Below are positions 27,254-38,214 of a stretch of DNA of 64,000 nucleotides, piece by piece. How positions within the stretch are numbered: position 1 is the stretch's first letter; each line of letters opens with the position of its first letter. This stretch comes from Octopus sinensis (taxonomy: Eukaryota). The stretch spans positions 9,672,001 to 9,736,000 of the forward strand of contig NC_043002.1 in NCBI RefSeq assembly GCF_006345805.1, in the 5' to 3' direction. Both the position numbers and the translations under genes were made by a program. The notes beneath the pieces were generated by a model. That model saw only the letters and a program-made list of their open reading frames with translations. It was not told where the DNA came from and made no database searches.

Positions 27254-28475
27254 CAGTGGCGTGTGGTGACTTCCGGGGTTGGGCATGCAATGAATTTCAT
27301 TGTCCCCCCCCCCCGGAATTTTTCAGTAAAAAAATTTTCGTATTCCTACGATTTACATATAGGAGATTCTGCATATGCAATCAGCCCCGTATGACCTAGA
27401 ATAAGCAGGGAATAAAAAATGGCTGTGTAGAGATGAGCCTGAAATAAGTGTATTGTTTGTATTATTCTTTGCTCTTCGAAACATCAGTACTTTCCCATCC
27501 TCATTCTCCCTTAGAAAAGTCTAAAAATCATAAGTGAAATGTAATAAAGATGAAATTGGATTCTGTCAATATTTTTGCATATTCAGAATCTCTGTTAAAG
27601 GTAGGAATCCGAAAAAAATTTTTCACAAAAATTCGTTTTTCAAAGAGGTGCGATTCTGCATTAGCCCCTATACCTTGGTTGCGCCGAATCAATTTGAAAT
27701 GATTTAATTAAAAGAACACATTTAATTACATTATACGGCTATGGTTTTAGATCGTTACGCTCTCGAAGACAAGTCAGGTGCTTTATCATGCTACTTGTCA
27801 ATTCTGGGAAAATTATTGACTGTTCTGAGACTTACTGAACTCTGTACATTAAAAGACTATGTCTCATGCACACACATTAAAAATACACGCATATACATGA
27901 ATACACACACAATGAAAGACAGCGAAAATTCAACATTGTAAAAAGCCCCACCAAAACTGTTGTGGCAGAAGTCAACATCTCTGAGATTGAAACAAGACAC
28001 TTATTTACAGCCGTAAATAGACTCCACCCAGCAGCACAGAAAGGGTATGTAGGTTAGGTTTGACGAAGAAGTCGAAACATTTCTCCTGCAAAACAATACT
28101 GATGTAAGAAGGTCGAACCTCACGTTATAATAAACACCAAGCAAAACCTGTAATATATGCCCTTTAATATATTAATTTTTTTAATGTTCTAAAATGTTAT
28201 TTACCTCATTTATAAATTAATTCAATTCTTCGATCTTTCTGGGCAAATATATCTATCACATTTTCATAGAAATCTTTTCTTTTCATCAATTCTTGTAATA
28301 AATCTTTTTCAATTGACATTAGTGCTAACCCAGACAGTCGCATTTCTCCGGTCGCATTTCTTTGGTATGTTTTAATTCTACTTAATGCAGAAAAGGATCG
28401 CTCTACAGAAGCAGTGGTAGACGGAAGTGAGCTCAATGTGATGTATTCAATGAAAGATTTTAAAAAAACCAAGTG
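27254..28475 (-). mobile_element. hAT transposon remnant (3' end)
   Basis: ORF 28206-28472: LPSTTASVERSFSALSRIKTYQRNATGEMRLSGLALMSIE (hAT dimerisation domain); CAGTGGCGTG terminus at 27254. Confidence 0.75.
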
Positions 28476-28929
28476 TAAGGCATTTAATGAGTTACATTTA
28501 CAGCAGGGATCTAGTGGTTAGAGCAGCGGGCTCGCGGTCGAGGGATCACGGGTTCGAATCTCAGACCGGGCGATGTGTATGTTTATGAGCGGAACACCTA
28601 AGCTCCATGTAGCTCCGGTAGAAGGTAATGGTGAACATCTGCTGACTCTTTCGCCACAATTTTCTCTCACTCTTTCCTCCTGCATCTTGCAGCTCACCTG
28701 TGATGGACTGGCGTCCCATCCAGGTGGGGAACCTATACGCCAAGAAACCGGGAAACCGGCCCTTATGAGCCAGGCATGGCTCGAGAAGGAACAAACAAAC
28801 AAAACGTCCTAACTGACCCGCCAGATATCTTAGACTATTGTAAGGACCATTTTTCTGTTTTGCTAAATCATGAGTCAACAACACCAGTAGACTTCCTGAG
28901 AAAAGTCCTTTTTCATCCATTATAACATT

Positions 28930-30000
28930 GGATGAATGCTCCTCCATCAAGAGTTCCTGAAGGCAATGAAAAGTATGAAAACAAGAAAAGTTGTCTTCTT
29001 GTCTTCTATGATCTGGAAAAGGCTTTTGACAGTGTATCAGGACCAGCCATGTGGGTGGTCTTTGAGCGTTTCGAATGTCCTGATCATTTCCTCTCCCTGA
29101 TCCAAGCCCTGCATGTGCTATGACTGAACGTATCTTTGATCGTGATCGACTCCCAGAAGAATTTCCAGTTACATGCGGATTGAAACAAGGTTGCGTTCTT
29201 GCTCCTACGATTTTCTACCTTTCTGCAGTAATCTATGAACTTCTCCCGGAACAGCCAAGAGTAGATATCAGATATCGTTTTAGTGGAGAACTCTTCAACC
29301 TGGCGAGGTTTCGGTCAATGAATCTCACCGAGTGAATCTCACAACTCCAGTACACCGGTGGTAACGTGGCTCTCATGCTTAGAACTGCAACAGGCTGTCA
29401 ATAATTTCACCAACACGTTTTGGGCTCACTGTAAGTACTAAAAATCTCAAGTCCTCGACCAACCAACCCCGAATTCTGCTCTCCTGAACTTTAACATCAT
29501 TATTTCGGGTACACCACAGGAGCAAGTTAATCACTCTGTAAGTGATTAATCTTATAAAGTTAATCATTTTGCATACCTTTGCATACCTTGGAACACACGT
29601 TCCCCACCAATATACAATTCTGAGCAAGATGTGGAATGAAGAATTGGATCACCTTATTCAGCTTTCGACAAACTGACATAACGTGTATTCGAAAACAAAG
29701 CTCTTACTTTGAAGACGAGCATTATGGTCTACCAAGGTGTTATTATGTTTATGTTCCTATATGGTTGTGAAACTTTGATTTTTTATCGTTGCAACATTAA
29801 AAATCTGAAACTTCGCTGTCTTGAATATTGATTGGTTTGACTCTATCTCACAAAAACTCCATAAGGGAAAGAGCGAGTAACCAGAGTATCGTCTTCGATG
29901 GGTTGGCCATGTCATCAGGATGAACGACGAACGACTTCCTCATCGAATCCTTTTCAGCGAATTGGCAACCAGGAAAAGACAAAGAGGAGCCTTCTTTGAC
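28930..30000 (+). mobile_element. Degenerate RTE/BovB-like RT fragment
   Basis: FYDLEKAFDSVS, GLKQGCVLAPTIF, VDIRYRFSGELFNL, WVGHVIRMNDERLP. Confidence 0.75.
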
Positions 30001-30573
30001 GTTAGAAAGATCAGCTAAAATCAACTCCGAAGCAGACCAGTTTTGACTCGCTGGATTTAAGATGACCGTAACCAACCATCCTGACTATTGACAAAGAATA
30101 GACAATAACGTAATATTGTTTGTAAAAGAAAGAATAAAAAAGAGGACAGGCAACGGCAATGGAAGACCAGACAGCACGACTGATTCCAACATTCAATGCG
30201 ATTGTGTGTTCTATGCGAGGATTGGACTCGTCTGCATCATTCATCACAGGCATTAATGGTCCAAATATCCGTTCAGGAGGAGAAATCAATCTTCAGATTC
30301 GAGGGACAAGCCAACGGCGACAACGATTTTGTAATATCAAGAAGGGTATCCGGGCCCTCAAGTACTACACATGCCTCTACGCAGCATATGTCTAATTCTG
30401 GTGATACGTTTGTTATTTTGACTTTAACAGCACACCGGCCAATGTATGTGGGAAGGAGAAGTAGTACTCCATGTTTGCACTGGGGCATTGAATGTTTGTG
30501 AGACAATTCTTCTGTGAGGAATCTCATTTGTACAGAACCATTTCCTCACTTAGATGTTTAACACATTAAACAC

Positions 30574-30576
<3 letters not shown>

Positions 30577-30632
<56 letters not shown>
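30577..30632. repeat. (AAT)n microsatellite
   Basis: Read directly. Confidence 0.95.
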
Positions 30633-30714
30633 TATGAGTTTCTTTGCCCTAGGAGTCGGGAAGACACTCGGCAAGAAATGGAAGCAAATTTGAAAGAAGA
30701 AGAAAAAAGATAAC

Positions 30715-31105
30715 AATAATAATAATAATAATAAATGTCCTGATGCAGTACCAGGCAGTGGCTCTCATGGCTTCTGATCTTAACTGTTTGGAAGTGTTAT
30801 CATGTACATTGTTTTGTCTTGGTATAAAAGATGGGCTACAGCAAATATTCTGCTCAATACCACAGATTTGCTTGTCAGTTGTTTGACATGTCCCTTAGTA
30901 GCTGATGATATGTGCATCTCTGATCATGAGCAGAAATAGTGGGGGGAGCATCATAGCCTCGTGTTGAGAGGGATTCTTTGGGGTTTGAATAATTCACTTC
31001 TGGAAACAAGGGTGTTTCGTTCAACATCCTTAAACAACCCTTATTCAGGAACCTTTTGAGTGGGATGGGCTACTCGACCTGAAGAAAATTCTAACTGGGC
31101 CCCAG
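30715..31105 (-). repeat. Interspersed repeat, probable LINE 3' end with (ATT)n tail
   Basis: Abuts an (AAT)n tract; recognised from memory as a common element in this kind of genome. Confidence 0.45.
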
Positions 31106-33561
31106 TTAGAATTGATTTCCTTAGGTTCACCGATTGTGTGTTTATTAGTTGCAGTTATTTGTTTGCGACTTTTAGATTTAGCCTGTGTAGTATGAGACAC
31201 TAAATTATTTACTTCCTTAACAACAAAGAAGATGATGACAAATATCTGTCAAATGTAAATAATGTACACAATTCCTCATCTCTCAAATGTAGAACTGTAT
31301 CATCAATTGATGTTTCGTTAGGGAATAGCAGACATCATTAATTTTAAATGGATATGGCCATCATCAATAAAGACCCATGTGTCTTCTCCATCAAATGCGC
31401 CTAATCGTAAGCGGCCCTTATCGGTGGGAGAGATCAAGTCTCAAATGGAAGATTTTAGACAGCGATGAAGCTTTTTTTTTTCTGACTTTCCTTCATCATC
31501 AGATGAGATTGATAGCACAAAAGAAAGTGATGCTCCAACTAGCCATGGGAAAATTGCTCCGATTTTTCTCCAAACGTACATTCATTTGACAACAACAATG
31601 TGGAAATCTAAGATGAGTTTACGCTCAAATGATTTCATTGTTCTTTTGTCTTTATATTTGTAATCTAAAAGAGTTAAAACATCATTTTTATTGCTTTTGC
31701 ACTTATCTAACGTGAAAGGATGAAAGCTAAAGTCGACCTCGGCTGAAATTGAACTAAAAAAAACGTAAACGTGGACGAAATGCCACCAAGCGTTTCGACT
31801 AGTGTCGTAACAATTCTGCCAGCTCACTCCCTTCAAATTTTAAATAAGTGAAGTAGCTATGTCAATGGATCATTCGAGTAAACCATAGAGTTTACGTGCT
31901 AGTAAGTTAGAAGGTATAGTGAAAGGACAAAGCCGACGTTTCGCATTGAAGCAGTTCGACAGTAAGAAAATAGACGGCTGGATTTTACTTTAGCGAAGTA
32001 CGAGTCTCAGTTCGAACCTTTGTAGTTAAGGGTGGAGAAGAAAAATGGAGAGATCGAGAAGAAACCTAGAAGTACAAGCGGAGCGAAAGATACCTCAATA
32101 AAGTAGTGCTTCCCTAAGATATTGCAGGAAACTTAGTTTATGTTGATAAATTATCATTAGTACGTTACGTTTGCTTGCTTAATTTTTTTTACTAGATTCT
32201 TGATTTCCTTAGGTTCACCGATCGTGCGTTTATTAGTTACAGTTATTTGTTTGCGACTTTTAGATTTAGCCTGTGTAATATGAGAAACTAAATTATTTAC
32301 TTCCTTAAGTAAAGGTAACCCGCTTTAATTCCTTCCGATTTTAGTCCTATTTGAAACGGCTGTAAGGCTGCGAAATTAAGAGTAGCTGAATATGAGTGCT
32401 CAATTATACTCCTATTAAATATTCTATGATACCAAATGATGAGGATGGAAATTTCTTTCCAATAACGTGATAAAAATGTTCGGGATAGAATTTTTATGTT
32501 ATTGACGAAGAGTAGATTATACCAGGAAATTTCATTCCTTTTTCCTACCACTAATAGTTGTATGTTTCCAAGAGGTAAAAATCAACACCTTTAGCAGCCG
32601 AGTCATTAGTACGCTTATCGTTACTTCGTATTCTATTTTTTTTTTTTTTGTTAGTGACTTAGTATCTCCAGTATTCAAGAGCCAGCTTAAGCCTAATAGA
32701 AAATAAAACCTGTGTAGCTACAACGTTTAAAGACTATGGTTATATATACCTACATAAGTAAAATACTGTTGGGACAACGGAGACAGTACGATTCAGGGCA
32801 GAGCTGGTAATTGATGGCAGGGTTCGCTCACAGCTTTGAAACCTCTACATGGTGTTTTAACCAGGAATATGGTTCATAACGTTCATGGTCATCATCATCA
32901 TCATCATCAGCAGCAGCAACAACAACAATAGCTGCAACAACAGATGTTAGACTGTCATCAGTGGAAGAGAAGCGCTGCGAACGTCTTGACAGCTTTTATG
33001 GCATTGAAGACTTATGTGACTTTAAGAGCTGCTGGAAATCGTAGGTACTTAACATTCACATAATTAATCGACTGCACACCATAGTGACATCTATTTCATA
33101 CTTGTGTCAACTAGATGTGCATCACTTACATTTATCACTTGCTGGCTATTGTATAAAAAAGCACGTTAAACATATTTGCTCAATATAATAAATATTGTTT
33201 TCTCTTACTTCCAACCGACATTCTTAACCTTTTTTTAATAAATAGGATAACACGCGACCTACTAGGAGTAAAATAAGATATTTTATTTTTTGCTTTATTA
33301 TATAATTCATACATCTTTAATACAAACTGAGTGATTTAGTGCTGAGAATATAACTGAAACCTCGTAATTTATCACCTGAACTCAGTGACATATCCAGGTT
33401 AATTGCATTGACGTCAGTCAATGAGTTTGTGCATCTAAACCGAATATCTGCAACGAAAGTTTCATAAATGTACACTGTTCACCTGGTGTGTACCGAAATG
33501 TACAACTCCTGTACTTCGAATTTTACCTTACCTTGTATTTTCTAGAAAATCTCTTGAAGAT

Positions 33562-33571
33562 ATGGGCGTTT
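33562..33571 (+). CDS. Orphan secreted protein, coding exon 1 (exon 33546-33571; MGV + 1 nt)
   Basis: ttttctag| acceptor, |gtaagt donor; phase 1 matches the next exon. Confidence 0.55.
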
Positions 33572-34090
33572 GTAAGTATCATATTCAATTACATTTGTTT
33601 ATTATACCTATTTCTTTATTACCCACAAGGGGCTAAACACTGAGGGGACAAACAAGGACAGACATAGGTATTAAGTCGATTACATCGACCCCAGTGCGTA
33701 ACTGGTACTTAATTTATCGACCCCGAAAGGATGAAAGGCAAAGTCGATCTCGGCGGAATTTGAACTCACAACGTAACGCAGATGAAATACCGCTAAACAT
33801 TTCGCCCGGCGTGCTAACGTTTCTGCCAGCTCGCCGCCTTTGTTTATCATACCAATGTGTGTGTGCGTGTGTCTGTGTGTGCCTGCGTGTTACCAATTAA
33901 GTATGATATAAATACAGAATTAAACAATAAATTAGTAATATTTAGGATAAGTCACTTGTGAGCAAAAAGCTCATTGTTTCTCAAAAGTACACAACAAATA
34001 AGAACTAAATCACACGTAATCTGTTGATCTTGAAATATTTATCAGATGTTATTCAGACATTAGGATTTCATATTTTACATATTTAAATTG

Positions 34091-34391
34091 GGATCTTTTC
34101 ACCTTGACCGGCAGATTTTTAAAATAATTTTTATGTAACTAAAAAATTTTAAACTTCGTATACTGGTAGAATGTGTTTATAAAACATCTTTTTCTCTTGG
34201 CTTTCTTGAGAAAATTCTGTAGTTTAATTTCTTGCATTTTGTTGTTTAATTTCTTGCATTTTGGCAATTTCAACCAATCAATGACGTCTATTGAGGTGAA
34301 TCCAATTTCTGCCGTAACATTTTATGGCGGCGTCATATGAAAATTACATAGAAATTATTTTTAAAATCTGCCGGTCAAAGCGAAAAGATCC
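34091..34391. mobile_element. Related GGATC-terminal MITE
   Basis: ggatcttttc...gaccggcagatttt / aaaatctgccggtc...gaaaagatcc; shares internal sequence with 35096-35525. Confidence 0.7.
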
Positions 34392-34706
34392 CTATATTGC
34401 AATCTTTCGTCTCTAGTAGACTTTTCCGTCGATTTCCGTAAAAAATTTTTTTTTTTTTACATATGGGCTTGCGGAAACTTTTGAAGTAATGAGAGCGAAA
34501 GAGACTAAGAGAAAGCGATTGTATGACGAGGGAAGTTCTTTTGAAGTTACCGTGCATGGGAGCATTGATGTACATGTGTGTGTGTGTGTGTGTTTGATGG
34601 GGTGTGGGAGACAGACAGTATGTTGTGTAATCGACGGAAAGGTCTACTAGAGACGAAAGATCGCCCCCTATATTGATATTTCTTAGCTATGTGTTTCTTA
34701 TTTTAG

Positions 34707-34870
34707 ATTGTCAATTTATATTAGCCTTATGTTTAGCGATATGGATTGCATTGATTAACGTTTCACCTATACAATCTGTTGTATTATACGATAAACGGGT
34801 TCGTGCCAACTTGTTACTGTGTATCGTACAAGACGCTGGAAAGACTGCAAACGAAACATTGGCTCTTTAT
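34707..34870 (+). CDS. Orphan secreted protein, coding exon 2 (signal peptide + first helix)
   Basis: ttattttag| and |gtgagt; (Y)CQFILALCLAIWIALINVSPIQSVVLYDKRVRANLLLCIVQDAGKTANETLALY; 164 nt, phase 1 to 0. Confidence 0.7.
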
Positions 34871-35095
34871 GTGAGTAATCACTAAATTCTTTATTCCTTC
34901 GGTTTTTAGTTTCTTATTATATAATGAATATCTCTATGATATCAGTATCAGCGACATTAATTAAGTTATGATATTGACGAATGTTTTCAAAAACGGAATT
35001 GTGTAAAATAAAGTACCTCACTTCTTAATCCATATTTCTATGCCATAATATATAAAAACCATCATTTGAAAATCACAAAATCTGTTAGTAATTGT

Positions 35096-35525
35096 GGATA
35101 TTTTCGGTTTGAACGGCAGTTTTTTCTAGCGGTGTCATATGAAATTATCACCCATAATTATGACCCTAGTATCGATCTATTACATTTCAATCTGTTTTAG
35201 GGTTAGGGTTAGTTAGGTTTGGTTAGGGGTGTGGCGAAGGGTATCGTTTTTTTCTTCAGAAATGTAAATAAACCCAATCTGTTTCTTAAATGAGGGACAT
35301 ATTCATACGGCACAGAATGTTTTCACCTCAATAGACGTCATTGATTGGTTGAAATTGCAGAAATTGAAGAAAAACCAACAAATATCTTACAAACTATAGG
35401 ATTTTCTCAATAAAGCCAAGAGAAAAAGATGTTTTATAAACACATTCTACCAGTGTACGAAGTTTAAAAGTGTTTAGTTACGTGGAAATTAATTTAAAAA
35501 ACTGCCGTTCAAACCGAAAAGATCG
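35096..35525. mobile_element. MITE, intact copy of the same family, with a TTAGGG tract
   Basis: Terminal inverted repeats ttttcggtttgaacggcagtttt / aaaactgccgttcaaaccgaaaa. Confidence 0.8.
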
Positions 35526-35924
35526 AAGTCCTGGTATTGACGAATATTTTCAAAAACGGAATTGTGTAAAATAAAGTACCTCTCTTCTTAATATTTCTTA
35601 TGCCATAATATATAAAAATCATCATATGAAAATCACAAAATCTGTTAGTAATTGTTTTGTATGTTTTTACACAGTGTGAAAACTCTCTACTGTTGCCATC
35701 AGTCTACTGCCGTCGCTTTACTAATACAATGTCCAATAAATGGAAGCTAGTATTTCCGAAAATGTACCTTTTCATAGATATGGTGACTCAAACTTTCCAC
35801 GTTAGTACATATAAAATATTTTTTGTCTATAAAAAAATATTACTTTTATTTTTACGTAGAGTTGATGTATTATATGAAATGATCATATATTGTGAAATAT
35901 ATATATGACAAATCTTAATTGCAG

Positions 35925-36155
35925 AAGATTGAGTCATCAATGTATGGCGCATTCAGTATATATTCTTCACTGATCAAGAATTATAAGCAAAGAGAATTTG
36001 AAGTTCTGTGTGCTCATGCTTTCTGTCTTGAAAAATCCTGTCCTTATCCAGAGGCGTGTTCTAATGCAACTCAACCAAAAGATGGTATGCACTATTGCTA
36101 CTTAAGAAAGGTCTATGATTGCTTGACTGAGCTGGTTAATCAATTATCGATACAG
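35925..36155 (+). CDS. Orphan secreted protein, coding exon 3 (six Cys)
   Basis: ttaattgcag| and CAG|gtgagt; 231 nt open, phase 0 to 0; KIESSMYGAF...LCAHAFCLEKSCPYPEAC...HYCYLRKVYDCLTELVNQLSIQ. Confidence 0.72.
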
Positions 36156-36263
36156 GTGAGTATTGTTGTTATTGTAATCAATGAACATACAAAAATATGA
36201 CCAAATGTACTCAACTTTTTTAGGGCTGTCAACGACTATATTGTTTGTGTCCTTCCTTTTTAG

Positions 36264-36308
36264 ATGGTAGATTTAAGTTTGAAGGTTGATTGGTTACTAG
36301 ACTGCTAA
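36264..36308 (+). CDS. Orphan secreted protein, terminal coding exon (MVDLSLKVDWLLDC*)
   Basis: ccttcctttttag| acceptor; an alternative acceptor exists at 36224. Confidence 0.55.
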   Translation: MVDLSLKVDWLLDC

Positions 36309-36467
36309 GCGATAGCAACGAGGAATTAGCGGTAATTATTTTGATCTCATATTTTCATATGTATTCTGTGCTTACCATAGACATAATGTAAATGTTTTAA
36401 GATCATATATGGATATGTATATACGCACACATACATACACGTATATATATATATATATATATATATA

Positions 36468-36853
36468 CTAGCAGTATCGCCCGGCGTTGCTCGGGTTTGT
36501 AAGGGAAATAACTATATAAGCATTTTTAGAGAGTTATAGCCAAAAAATAGCAAAAAAATGCATTAAAAATTGAAAAAAAATTAAGGTAAATTTTTTTTAA
36601 AAATCGTTGACACATCGTAGATATTTTTAGAGAGTTACTTCCCTTATATAAAAGCGAAAAAAATGCATTCAAATGGAAAAATATGATGGTAAATTTTTTT
36701 TAAATCGTAGACTCGCGCTAATACCCAGAAGGGCTCGATATGAATCACGACTATAAGATACCCGCTTTTGGTTAAACTGCACGGCAAAATGTGGGAGTAG
36801 TTACGAATCTAAATCGAAGGGGACAGACACACAACTTCACTCTTATATAAAGA
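36468..36853 (-). mobile_element. Non-autonomous Helitron
   Basis: Same termini and hairpin as 23508-23812. Confidence 0.78.
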
Positions 36854-37773
36854 TGCTTATTTTTTTTCAGTCATAGAGTTAGATTTACGAAGGTCTTCAG
36901 TAGAAAATCCTTCGAATTCTGACTCGCTGCTTGATATAATGAAATTCGTATCCATTTTTTGTCAGAATTACAAATTTTGAAAACACAATAGGAACAAATT
37001 TTGGAAAAAAATCTCCCATAATTCACGGAATTAAAATTACACTTCGATTTTTGTACAAAACTGTATTTGAAGTGTTTACGAAGTATAATACGTGTTTTCA
37101 CGAATGTACTAAAGAGATTTACTCTGATATTCTCATTTAAATATGAATAGGTAAATTCGGGCGGTTTGGTAACGAAAGGGTTTATATAAGTGTCGTCTGT
37201 TTATACATACTTTCAGTTTAGTCTTGCTCAAATCACTCTGTCGCTAATTTACTCTCTTCCAAGAACATTTTCACTCACTGTTACCTGTTAGCTTCCCATA
37301 CATTTTACTCATGTATCTATCAGCGTGATAGACAGAAACAAATATTACATTTACTTTCATTTTATTCGTCGCACACTGTGTGTGTGCGTTTGCGTGTGGT
37401 GTAAACCAGACTAAGAAAAGCATTTGACACACACACCAGAATGTGAGTTTTCTGTAAATTTTGCTTAATTGGAGTTTAAATTTTAAAAACTGGACCTGGC
37501 ATGACGCGATGCATTGTACTCTCAAAAATGCTAGGTAAATTGTAATTGAAGAAATCCTATATTGTAGATTTGTATAACTCCCAAAGGGAGGCAGATAAAA
37601 TCTGCCTTTTATAATAAGAGATATATATACAAATTGAGATAGGGGTTGTAAATGCAACCCTCCATGGGATAACATATATCCAATATACTGCTAGTGAAGT
37701 ACCCAACAAAGTTAATACATAAATGTTAATGATTGCGATGGGCAAAGGTAAAATGATTTACCACGAATTACTA

Positions 37774-38214
37774 ATACAAGATAAGAAAATGGAGAAATAC
37801 ATCTAAATCAAATATCAATTACCAGATAATACTCAATCACATACTTTATTAAACCACCACATAAGAGACTGTAGGGTTAAATATAAAAAGCAGAACAAAT
37901 CAGTGTACATAAAGGAATGTACATAAAAAAGTGTACATAAAAGAGTAACGTTGTATAATAAGTAGAATATATATAAAAGAGAATATAAATATAAGTAAAT
38001 ATAAATATAAGTAAATATAAATATTTTATATATATTCTACTTATTATACAACATTGCTCTTTTATGTACATTCCTTTATGTACACTGATTTGTTCTGCTT
38101 TTTATATTTAACCCTACAGTCTCTTTTGTGGTGGTTTAATAAAGTATGTGATTGAGTATTGTCTGGTAATTGATATTTGATTTAGATGTATTTCTCCATT
38201 TTCTTATCTTGTAT
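37774..38214. repeat. Long near-perfect inverted repeat (~200-bp arms, ~45-bp spacer)
   Basis: atacaagataagaaaatggagaaatac... vs ...gtatttctccattttcttatcttgtat. Confidence 0.85.

Noticed and set aside
31340-31590. Peptide-like frame SPSNAPNRKRPLSVGEIKSQMEDFRQR*...SSSDEIDSTKES
   Set aside because: In-frame stop, no convincing splice sites, no recognisable family; possibly a decayed transposase N-terminus.
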